Below are positions 38,600 through 49,298 of a stretch of 64,000 nucleotides of DNA, in pieces; position 1 is the first letter of the stretch, and each line of letters opens with the position of its first letter. This DNA is from Chiloscyllium plagiosum. Its lineage: Eukaryota. The translations under genes were made by a program, and so were the position numbers. The DNA is taken from contig NC_057720.1 of NCBI RefSeq assembly GCF_004010195.1, positions 23,561,105 to 23,625,104 of the forward strand. The letters are read 5' to 3'. Under the pieces are notes generated by a model. The model did not search any database, was not told the DNA's origin, and saw only the letters and a program-made list of their open reading frames with translations.

Positions 38600-39260
38600 T
38601 ATTGTAAATCATTGATCAAACATTGCTAGTTTGGCAGTGTTTATGGCCTATCCTTAATTTCCTTTCTGTAGTTGCTGAGTTGCCTATAAACCACTATAGC
38701 TCTTGGAGTGTAAGAACACACACAATGGTGTTAGAGAACAAGTTTGAAGATTGACCCAATAACACCGAAGGAAAGACAATATATTTTCAGGACAGGATAG
38801 TAATTGACTTGGAGAGAAACTTGTAAGTGATGAATGTTCCCAGGTATCTTGTGCTCTTGTCCTAGATGATAATAGTTGTGGGTTTGGAAGACACAGTCTA
38901 AGGAAACTTGTTGAATTTCTGCAGTGCATCTTGCAGATGGTGCACATGGCTGCTAAAAGGAATGGATGTTTGTCGATGGGGTACCAATAAAGTGGGATAC
39001 TTTGTCTTGGATGGCGTCAAACTTCTTGAATGTTTATGTTGTGGCACTTATCCAAGTAAGGGGGAGAGCTTTCCCTTGCCCACCAGATTTCTGCCTTGTG
39101 GATGGTGGACAGACACTGGGAAAGTTGACTGCTAATCCCTTGCAAAAGATTCCTAGCCTCTGACCTCCTCTTGTAGACATTGCATTTATATGGCTAGTCC
39201 ACCTCAGTTTCTGATTAGTGATATTTCCTGGAATGTTGATAGTGTAAAATCCTTTGGCTA
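38600..39260 (-). mobile_element. L2/CR1-group LINE fragment
   Basis: Antisense to 17355-17700; NQKLRWTSHINAMSTRGGQRLGI remnant. Confidence 0.65.
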
Positions 39261-40843
39261 TCTCACATGCCTTGATTAGATTCTGCATAATTTCAATATA
39301 TTTTAATGCAATGATTGATGACAAGTTCTTAAAAATTAAGTGACCATTAAATTGATGAGTATTGTGAAAGTGCTCAAATGCATTAAAATACATTATCCAC
39401 TGGATTAAGTGTACTTTTGCATTCAACTGTTTTGAGAATTTTCAGAATTTAATACAAGGAATTGGATCCTGTGGTTTAAACTTTACCGTGATTCACAACC
39501 AGACATCTTAAAAATACATGAACAAATAATTTGACTGACAGTCCAGCCATCTGTTGAGCCTTTGAAGTAATAGAACAGTTGGCCATCTCTCGCAATATTT
39601 CAACGTTTTAAGTGCATTCAGCCCTGGAGACATAACATTGCAATGTAATATCATAAGGAATACTTAGCTGAGTTCCAAATGGCAACAGGTGAATGGAAGT
39701 GACATGGAAAGATATGAGAGTGCCTATGATGGATAGTATGGGCATAGAGGCTATGGAGTGATGTGGAGGGAGATGAAGAGTCATAAATGAATATAAGTAG
39801 GACATGATGGATGAATTGTATTTATTTAGGATGAGAGGTGAGGGCTACAGTATGTGAGAAGAGGACCAATGTCCCAAAGAAGACGCCAAGCCTTCTAACC
39901 TGCTCGTTTGACATCGGCTCAGCTCCAACCCCCTTCAAGCCTGCTTTGGGAAGTATTGTCCCCAACTTTAGCCCATCATCATAATCCAGCTGAAAACATA
40001 ACATCAATGGCCACTGCTACTCAGGAGATGGGATTGTAACTCTGGAAAATGACCCAATTTGTGAATTTCCACCTTGAATGGGAAAATTCCTGTCCAATTA
40101 GATGCAATCCCATCTTATTATTTGTTCATTTTCTACAGAACAACAGTCGAGACATTTATACTTCTTATGATTAAGTATTAGGAGGTTCTCATATAGAATT
40201 GCAATATTCAGGATGTAAGTCATGCTATATGATCAACTGGGTAAGTTTTCAGGATTTGCCATGTGGGATTGTGTTCACGTCAAATCACTCACTTTGACTA
40301 TGATTGTCTTTGACATTGTAGAGTATAGAATGGATTATTGGGCTTAGCAAAAACTGTGGTAGCAGAAATCCACTTCAATCAAGCTTTCCAAATGAATGCA
40401 ATCACTGCAGCACTGCAATAAATCCTTTGGTTTCCTTCTATTCTCCAGCACACAGAGATTAGCGAGGATGCTATTTCAAGCCTCATTGAGTTCAATGTAT
40501 TGCTATGTAACTTTATGTATCGGATTGCATTTTTCTAACAGGAAGATGTACCCTTGACTGGAAATTTTTACCTTCCGGGTCTCAGTTTAAAATTAGTGTC
40601 AGATAGTTTGGCTTAAAATAATAAGGAACAGAAGTAGTCCATATATTCCCTCAAGCCAGTTCCACCATTGAATAGCATCATGGATGATCGGATTTTGATT
40701 TCAACTCTCCTATCGGTTCCCAGACCTCTTGACTCACCTAAATTTCAAGAATTTGAACAGTGTCATTAATGTTACAGCTTTTTAGGAAAGAGAATTCCAA
40801 AAGATGATATCTCTCTGAGGAAAGAAATTCTTCAATTCTCTTT

Positions 40844-41342
40844 TGTTGTGACTTCACAAACTACCAAGTGATTTGAGTATAGGTCACAATCATTTATTCA
40901 AGTGTACACAGGAAGTGATGGTCTTAGATTGTCTAAGACAACATTCTGAAAAGGCACAAGTGTTCATTCATTATAGATAATTTTAGTCCTGTACATGTAC
41001 CATCACTGGATTTTATAAATTACAATCTCATGCTAAACAGATACCCCGTCTAGTTCCTTGTTCCCACAGTACATATATCAGTTTTTTATTGATCCAAAGT
41101 TGCCCTTTTCTTACTGATTATGTAGCCAAGCTTTCCATTTTATTTCTATCACCTACTCTTTGGCCTCAGCCTGAGCCATTCTCATTCCTTATCTGTCTAG
41201 AGTACACCTGTTAATCTTCTGTTCTGCTCTTTACAGCTTACATCATCTTTGACTAAAAGATACTTCCAACTAAAAGTGTTTAATCTTTTCAGTTTCACCC
41301 TTTTGGCTCTTAACCTGGTCCAAAATAACTAACTTAGTAGCA
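40844..41342 (-). repeat. ERV 3' LTR (499 bp)
   Basis: Minus strand TG...ACA; AATAAA at 40893-40898 about 50 nt from the end; immediately preceded by the purine tract AAAGGGGAAAGGTAAA. Confidence 0.75.
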
Positions 41343-41369
41343 TTTACCTTTCCCCTTTATGCTCTGCTT

Positions 41370-41567
41370 ACCAATAAATTCAAGAATAGCTTCTTCCCTG
41401 CTGTTGTCAGACTTATGAATGGACCTCTCATATGTTAGAGTTGATTTTTCTTTGCACCTTCTCTATAACACTATATTCTGCATTCTGTTATATTACCCTG
41501 ATGTATTTATGTAAGGATCACATGTAAAACAATATTTTTCACTGTATCTCAGTCCATGTCACTATAA
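41370..41567 (+). mobile_element. Rex1/Babar LINE 3' end
   Basis: TNKFKNSFFPAVVRLMN C-terminal motif and a TTTCACTGTA..TGTCAC tail. Confidence 0.75.
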
Positions 41568-41571
41568 TGAT

Positions 41572-41723
41572 TGTAATGAGGTCAGCCAGGTGGACATCAC
41601 AGAATACGAGTTCCCTGATTAGAGCAGTTAAGCTGGTCCAATTAGGGAGCCCTAGCTGACAGATAAGAACAGGAGCATCAGACATCCTGTTCACTCTGAG
41701 AGCTTGCTCTGAGGGAAACTGGA
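41572..41723 (+). mobile_element. Partial LTR, same family as 36948-37176
   Basis: Shared start TGTAATGAGGTCAGCCAG. Confidence 0.8.
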
Positions 41724-42858
41724 AATGTATTGACCTTAAGTTTATAAAGATACTTGGTTATACCATTTAGAACCTCAGGATCTCTTGTGTGTCTTCTGGT
41801 GCAGTGTCTTCTGTATATTAAATACTGAACAAAAGGCAACTGGATAGTAACCAAAATATGGGAGATGATCCTAATCCATAGATATACCTGCAATTCAATC
41901 CCCAATTCAAATGGTCCTCTCATTTATTTGATTTCATCAGCCAATGGCCCAGCTTGCTGCTGTACTATGTAATAGGTTCTATGCAATTGCTGGGCATCAT
42001 CTTGAATCATCTTGAATAACTATAAGGTGTTTAGGTAACTGTGAGATTTCACAGGAGACCCAGATACTGTTTCAGATTTTCCTTAATGTCTTCCTTCACC
42101 TGTTTATTGTTTCTGTCAATGAGGGCTAATAGGAGCTGGCAGAAAGAGGAATTGAGAACTAGGGCAGTTGGGAAATATTTTATTAACTAGCAAGGCAGGC
42201 TTGCGAGACAGAATGATCTGATCCTGCTACTAATTCTTATTTTCTTATGTAAACTTCCATCGCACCCACCCTATCTGGTACCTGTAGAAATAAATATATT
42301 GCATGACTAGTTATAGGACAAGATTAATTTTTCCCAAATTGGGTACTTTTTTGATGTGATAATGTCATATCATCCTTCATCCAGGTCTCCAACGTTGATT
42401 TGTTCTGCTGCAGCCCGTATTGTTTCTGTCATACATATAGCTATTGCATTAAACCTGCACATCACTTCTTCTGTCTCATAAAATGGATACGGAAACACTG
42501 CTGAAGAGATTTCCACATTGCACCGATATAAAGTGGGGCTTATCATACGACCCTCTCTCTCCACCACAAGTGGTGGCAAATTTGGATAGCTTACATTGTT
42601 ATTTACCCTAATTACCCCAATATCTTCTCTCTATATTGTTTTAATGGATGTTGACTCCAGAATGATTGAGATTGCCAATACACTGCCAATTAATATTATT
42701 AAACATTCTGCATCAGTTTTATATACATATGTTAAACCCCTGAGCTGGCAACAGATCAGACCATGCTTCTTGTGCCTTGATAGGTTAAAAAATGCTCTAG
42801 TCAATCACCCACAATCCATAGGTGCTGCAGGTATCATTCCTGACCACATCATCTGAGA

Positions 42859-43001
42859 CCAAAAGAGAAAATGCTGGAAAATCTCAGCAGGTCTGGCAGC
42901 ATCTGTAAGGAGAGAAAAGAGCTGACGTTTTGAGTCTAACTGACCCTTTGTCAAAGCCCTTTTGGTTTCAGATTCCAGCATCCGCAGTAATTTGCTTTTA
43001 T
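42859..43001. mobile_element. Penelope-derived short inverted insertion (family B) inside env
   Basis: Perfect 14-bp TSD CACATCATCTGAGA at 42845-42858 and 43002-43015; decayed hammerhead on the minus strand. Confidence 0.85.
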
Positions 43002-43564
43002 CACATCATCTGAGAGATTTTTCTCCACATGACCAGACTATCATTGGTCCATGCATCAGTCTTTACTACAATGGTCAATTTCTGAATTCCTTATGTCAGG
43101 TCTTGGCCCGTAGCAAAATGTCTAACCTGATCTAACCTGATCTCTTGTTTCTTCTCAGAATTTTCTTAAGTTGGGAACTCATGGTCAACTGTTGCCAAAT
43201 CATCTGAAGTTACCACTGACATCCCTGTGCTTAAATGTTATCGAGACATCATTAACTAGGCTGCATTTTAGTCAACCTTTCGTTGTACAGGAATGAGGAC
43301 TTTGGCTGCAATCCACTACTAGATCACACTCCCTGCGTTATCACTCAATGCACCAAAGCTCCACACAATACTTGGGTCTGAAGTGAGCACCACTCAGGCA
43401 GGCCAATATTGGGGATGATTAGAATGATGGGTATCAATCCATTGTGTACATTGTCATTTTGCTTTTGGAGCAGGCCGAAGTACCTAGTGTTGGACAGAAA
43501 GTAATAATGAAGAATAAACCCAAACGTTCAGTTGATAGGATCTTATGAGGAATTAATGATTTAC

Positions 43565-43650
43565 AGCTTATTTGTCTAGGGGTATGATTCTTGCTTTGGG
43601 ATATGTAGCATAATGTGAGAGGTCTCTGGTTTCAAATCTTGAATGAACTC
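43565..43650 (+). pseudogene. tRNA-Pro(TGG)-derived sequence with a 13-nt insert after position 37
   Basis: GTCTAGGGGTATGATTCTTGCTTTGGG[ATATGTAGCATAA]TGTGAGAGGTC..TTCAAATC aligns to vertebrate tRNA-Pro; CpG-decayed. Confidence 0.8.
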
Positions 43651-43795
43651 TCACCTTATTTTGTCTTTAGGGCACTCTTGTGGTTCATTGACAATCTCCT
43701 TGCCTGTGTATCAGAAGATACAAGTTTAAGTCCTACCTGCCACAAAGACGTGTGACAACAGGTCTGAGTGGGTTGATCCAAAGTGCTTCAGGTGT

Positions 43796-43868
43796 GTTTG
43801 CCTAGTGTAGTGATAATCATATTCACCTTGTATCTAAGAGTTTCCTGGTTTGAAACTGGAAGACAGTA
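43796..43868 (+). pseudogene. tRNA-Val-derived sequence, degenerate
   Basis: 73 nt GTTTGCCTAGTGTAGTGATAATCATATTCACC..GGTTTGAAACTGG, colinear with vertebrate tRNA-Val GTTTCCGTAGTGTAGTGGTTATCACGTTCGCC..GGTTCGAAACCGG. Confidence 0.7.
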
Positions 43869-44123
43869 TTACTAAGGCGCTTGGTAGTGTTCCTGCTTTA
43901 GGATCAGAAGGTTTAGACTCAAGGCCCAGCAACCCTGAAGGTGTATCACATGTGAGCAGGTTAATTAAAAATATCCATACATTATTATTTAAAATTTTAT
44001 CATCCTTTACCAAGTTTAGTTAATTTTTTTGGGCCTGGGCTTCACACCAGAGAAAATGGGACACTTCTTTAGACCTCTCGTTCACTGTCCCCTGTGTGTC
44101 GAGTGACAGTTGTTGCAAATGTC

Positions 44124-44254
44124 CTCCTCAGCCCATTGGCCCATGTGACTAAATCCAGTTGTATTCTGAGGTAGCCTTCTTCGCTGTCCACTACACCACC
44201 AATTTTGGTTTCATCTGCAAACTTACTAACCATACCTCCTATGTTCATATCCAA
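44124..44254 (-). mobile_element. CR1 RT fragment inside env
   Basis: GGMVSKFADETKIGGVVDSEEG. Confidence 0.85.
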
Positions 44255-44769
44255 AGTGGTAGCTTTGTCACCCTATAGGAATATTCACCAAACTCCCATT
44301 TATGTTCCTAATTTTGCTGACCCTATCATTCAACTACTTTGGCATCAGTCTATGCTGAGAGTTGATGCTGAAATGTTTCTGCCCAGTTATAGATGAGTGT
44401 GATATAAGTGCAGGCAAACTGCACACAATCACTTGTCAATGTCACCATTGTTTGTCTTCCCAAAGAGGATTCAAGTGCTACTATAGTATAGTTAGTAAAC
44501 TTTAAGCATAAGACAGTGAGTTCTTTACTCAATCCTTCTGTTTCAAGTTATACAGTGTTAAAAAAAACATTGCAAAGCCTGCACAGCAGGGTGGTTCGTC
44601 ATAACGTTAAGTTCCAGGCAGTGAGCTGTTCCATCGTAAATTAGCCATTCTCCAGAATCACTGGGGAGGTTGTTAGTATCACCATGACGCATGCCAATTC
44701 CTTGATTAGCACAGTTCAGTTATTTCTATGATAAATTATTCTACAAAACATAAACCAGCTAGTGGCATG

Positions 44770-45315
44770 CTTTGATTATAACCAATGCTTCTAGCACCCT
44801 TTCCCTTTCTTACCAATATATGTGTAAGTATCATAAATCATTATTTCCTCATAAGGTCCTATCCACTGAGTTTTTGGGTTTAACCTTCATCATTACCTTA
44901 TCTCCTACACTGGGTAATTCAGCCTGCTCCATTCCTGCCTCTACTTCAACGTCCTGAATTATTTACTGATCCCTAACTTTTGTCTCAGTCTACACAGCTA
45001 CTTGCACAGCTCTCTCACAAATATTTAACTCACTCTCTCTCATTGTCCTACTTCTTCACCAACAAAGTTCCTAGCAATGACACACCCTTCCTGTCATTCA
45101 TTCACACAGAGGTAATCCAGTTGGTCTATTGAATGTTACCCTGAGTCCCATTAGGATACTCAACAACAGATCAGCTCATCTCTGCCCTGTATCTTAAACA
45201 GCTTTAGCTAATGTTCTCTTTAATGACCTATTCATTCATTCACTCATTCATTCAAACATTTCTATAGATGCTGGGGGATATGAAACTTTTATCTGATCTC
45301 CAGCAATTTACATTT
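44770..45315 (-). pseudogene. pol: Integrase C-terminal half (decayed pol)
   Basis: CKLLEIR*KFHIP..MNRSLKRTLAKAV*DTG..ILMGLRVTFNRPTGLPLCE*MTGR and the GPY/F module LPSVGDKVMMKV..QWIGPYE..KGKG..KHW. Confidence 0.9.
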
Positions 45316-45761
45316 CTTAATCAATCATCCTATAAAATATAGTCTCTAATCCAAATCATGTGCCATGGTAATCCCCTTCACCCTTAGGTTTCCTTCTTTT
45401 ATGATATGTTTTCTTCATTGTTACGGTCATGGGGATTCATTTTTCCTCACATGGGAAGGGGAGTTGTGAGGGTGTCATCACACGAGGAACAATCTTTCAC
45501 TTAAGTCACTTCTTCTTCTAAACCTCCCCAATCGGTTTCCCCCTTATTGTCAGTGGCAGGGTACACTTCTGCCACTTATGGTTTTGTTACTGAGATGGTT
45601 GTATGTGGCATTTACTCACCTGCACAGTTGTAAATATAAAATGGTAATAGTCACTGTCCCTTTTCGTTCTTTCTTTTCTTTGGTCCAACCATTCTTGGAG
45701 ACCTTGTTGGGTTTCACCCATTTGTCAGCATTTTCTTAATGATCTTTCTCTGGTACATCAA

Positions 45762-46374
45762 CGTGATGGTGCTTTCAGAAACTAACACCCCTGTTTTGGA
45801 CTGGGTCTCTACCCCTCAAAGCATTTCAAGAAGATAGCCCAGGCCCTAACTTTTCTAGTTGTTTTAAGCAGGTCTAAGATGGATATTCCAGGAGCAACGT
45901 AGCTGGTCAAATCACTCGGTTTTAAACAAAACAGAATTTATTTACATACGAACAAACGAAAACCAAATTTAGATTAGCATAACTATTTAAAAACCCAACC
46001 AACACTAAAACACAACTTAACAAAGAGCTGTTCCGTTTTCCTGCAACATCAAAAAAAAACACACTACTTGGCTAAAAGGTAAATTCAAACGCAGGTTCTT
46101 ACTGGAGGGAGATGCCACAGAGAGAGAGAATCAGCATGGAACTGTTTCTATGGATCCCAGCTAAAATTAACCCAAAACTAGAAAATACCCCGAACTGAGA
46201 GAACTGGACACTCCTCTTTCATTGTAAGTGTGTTTTTTAAAAAAAAAACCTGAAAGCTTTTGTTGATTGTTGACTTAGGCAGCATCTGTTAGCCGTTATT
46301 AAAGTAGCCAGTTCAGACATTTCAGTACCTCTGCCTTTACCTCCAAGGACAGAATAAGGAGCAGCTTCATCACA
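45762..46374 (-). mobile_element. Solo LTR abutting the truncated 5' end of the ERV
   Basis: Inverted termini CGTGATG/CATCACA; antisense AATAAA; segment homologous to 60755-60800; no TSD seen. Confidence 0.7.
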
Positions 46375-48932
46375 GCCCATCCTAAGCCCCAGCTCTTGCC
46401 ACCCATCCTCCCTGTGTGGCAGTAGCATCCAGCTAGGACATGCAATGCATGTGATAGGTGGCTTCTGTGACTCAGATTAGCTAATAGCTTAACATTTACC
46501 TCCCTTGCTGCATTGCTTACTGCATATCCAAGAGGTCTTGAGGTAACAATTGGGCAAAAAAATACCTTATCTCTGTGAGGTCAAGAGATCTCATTGGAAT
46601 CGTAGAATTGTTATTTTGCAGAAGGACACATTTCAACTTTTTGAGTGGACCAGTATGGTCACTGTAAGGACACTTTGAGTGCAGGGACAGGCACACAGCT
46701 CGCATAGTGCACATTCACTTTGTGCCTACCTGAATGCTCACAGCATCCCTGCAATTCAGAATTTTGCCTCTTGACTCCTACTTTAAAAGCTCACAGTACT
46801 TCTGTCTTGCCTTGTAGTTTAGCATAGACACGAAGTGTGGCAGTTTGTTATGCTTGTCAGCATGACATTATTGCCAGATCTATAACAATTTCTTATTGTC
46901 AGGCTTCTTATATGTCAAGTTTCTCAATCGGGCAACAGAAATTAAATCCAAGTTGTACTTTCAATTTAAATTGTAGATAGGCCTCTCATCACCTGCTGGT
47001 GACATACTTAGCCCGCTACCTGAAGGGGGAGAACTTAATCACTGAAGTTCATCTTGACAGCAAGAATCTGATTTTCTCACATCTGATCTGATTAAATTCA
47101 CCCATCCACCATTCTTGGGCACTGGAAAATCTTCAGGGTTTCACATTTCACATTATCAAGGACGTCAAGGCCAGGGGTGAAAAATGTGATCCACATGGAG
47201 ATACTAGCGAAACTGACTTACTTTCTTAAAACACACATGGTTAAAGAGAGATTCAGTGGAGATGTTTAAAATCATTAATGATCTTACGAGCGTAATAAAG
47301 AGAAATATTTTCCTTTAACTGAAAAGCAGTTTTAAGATGGTTGGAAAATACACCCGGGTTGACCTGAGGTGTAAAAATGCAATGACTTGTTATGCTCTGG
47401 CATGCATTGCCAGGTTAGTAATAACTCTAAATAAGGACAACTACTTAAAGGGGAAAAAAATACAAGGCTATGGGGAAAGAGACCATTTAAATATTTCTTT
47501 AAACAACCAGAGCAGAGAAATAAGTTTGAATATCTTTTATTCTATTTGTTATCATTTCATGCAGCTATGTTTATGCCTTAGAAAATTTGAAGAGAATGAC
47601 TAGAGTTAAGCCCAAGTTTTCCAACATTAATGTAAAATCTCCTTTTACCTTGGAACTTGTATCTGGTGTAGGTACAGACAGTACAAGCTCCATTCCTGAC
47701 ATTAATCTTTTGCCAGCATAAGTAGGAATGGATGAAGTCTAGACATCAAATAGCACCTAAATAAAATACATGCTTGGACACCATGTTATGATGAATACTT
47801 CTGTCCCAGCTATGTCGTGCTGGATGAAATAAATAGGAATGCATTTATATAATATTGTATAAGTGCAGTATGTACAATTTTCAACATTCAGAAGCTCTGG
47901 CAATGCTATACATTGAATGAACAACTTTTATTTTGTGCCACCTCAGGTAGTCCCTGCAATATTTATTTGGCTGAACTGTTGTTTGGACCTTAGAATGAAC
48001 AACAATAAGTTAGAAGGAATCTAGAGTTGCTTTATTTTTCTCAGTACCAGTTTGTTCTAAGAATATCAAGAAGAACATTTGGAATTATGATTAAACCTTT
48101 TGGAATGAACTGCAATTGTTCATTGTATTTTAAAATATCTTTTAGGGATAGGCAAAGGGGGTTCAGGGAGTTGGTTAGGAAGTTGAAAAGCAGGAGACTC
48201 CCAGGTAATAATACTTCCTGTGCCTAGTGCCACTAAGCCTAAGATTAGAAAGTAGTGCAGTTAAATATATAGCTAAAAGGCTGGAGTAGGAGTGAGGGCT
48301 TCAGATATATGGATCACTGGGATGTCTTCTAGAGCAGTTGGGACTTGTATAAGAAGAACAGGTGCACTTAAACTGGAGGTGCTCCAATATACTGTCAGGG
48401 AGATTTGCTAGTGTCACTCAGAAAGACTTAAACTGCTGTGGCGGGCACGGGAACAAGAGCATTGGGTCAGCAAGTAAAAACTGAAGAAGTGTCAGAGACT
48501 AAGGCCTGTTAGGCCAAGTGGAAGAACAGTCAGGGAGAGGTTACTGATCCTGACAGGCCTGGTGGTCTGAGGTGTATTTGTTTTAATGTGAGGAGTATGA
48601 AAATAAGGCAAATGAACTTTTGTGCTTGGATTAATTCATATAACTATGATGTTTCAGCTTTTACAGAGACTTCGTTGAGAGAGGGATAAGACTGGCAGCT
48701 TAATCTTCCAGGGATTTAGATATTTCAGGTGAGATAGAGAGGGATGTAAAAGAGGTGTGGGAGTTCTATTACTGATAAGGGAGAATATCATAGCTGTACT
48801 GAGGGAGAAAACTTGGAGGGCTTATCCAGTGAGTCCATATAGATGAAGCTCAGAAATAGGAACGGTGCAATCACTTTGATGGGATTGTGCTACAGGTCTT
48901 CCAGCAGCCAGTGGGTTATAAAGGAACAGATA

Positions 48933-49133
48933 CAGTCTGTTCTGCTACAATGTGAGTTTCTTCAATGCAAATTGGCTTTAATGTGATTGAAGAATTTAGA
49001 CCATTAATTGTAGAATGCAAACTTTTCTTACCTGTATTGGATATATTGTGGTTCTGGCGTGGTTATTGTGAGATTTTCTTATAACACGAGTTTGCACAAG
49101 AATGGAACTATTACGCTATATTGGAACTGACTA
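48933..49133. mobile_element. Tc1/mariner (Tigger/pogo-like) MITE
   Basis: Imperfect TIRs CAGTCTGTTC../..GAACTGACTA with TA duplication; removing it restores the CR1 frame EQICGQ. Confidence 0.75.
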
Positions 49134-49213
49134 TATGTGGACAGATTATGGGAAAATGTAAAAACTACACAGCTGTTGCAGTGAGTAATTTTAACTTCCC
49201 CTATACATACAGA

Positions 49214-49298
49214 CACTTTCGGAGTGGCACTCCGAAAGCTAGTGTGCTTCCAATTAAACCTGTTGGACTATAACCTGGTGTTGTGTGATTTTTAACTT
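49214..49298 (+). mobile_element. Short Penelope 3' end (family C) beginning with a palindrome
   Basis: TSD TATACA(T/G)ACAGA at 49202-49213 and 49299-49310; CTTTCGGAGTG-G-CACTCCGAAAG hairpin, then GAAAGCTA. Confidence 0.7.

Larger units (their letters stand above)
41725..44740 (-). pseudogene. env: env pseudogene (class I fusion glycoprotein, F-like/lokiretrovirus-like)
   Basis: Hand translation after removing inserts gives a fusion-peptide-like SLVNDVSITF/STGMSVVTSDDLATVD, a Cys-rich ectodomain, a heptad-like segment and the TM WIRIISHILVTIQLPFVQYLIY followed by RR. Confidence 0.75.
40844..45760 (-). mobile_element. Endogenous retrovirus remnant (gag-like, integrase, env, PPT, 3' LTR), internally deleted and multiply interrupted
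   Basis: Colinear minus-strand order gag-like (45320-45760), IN (44770-45315), env (41725-44740), PPT (41343-41358), LTR (40844-41342); no 5' LTR, RT or RNase H visible. Confidence 0.85.

Noticed and set aside
47649..47756. 108-nt minus-strand segment with good splice sites
   Set aside because: Stops in all three frames; no support for a coding exon, though a non-coding exon cannot be excluded.
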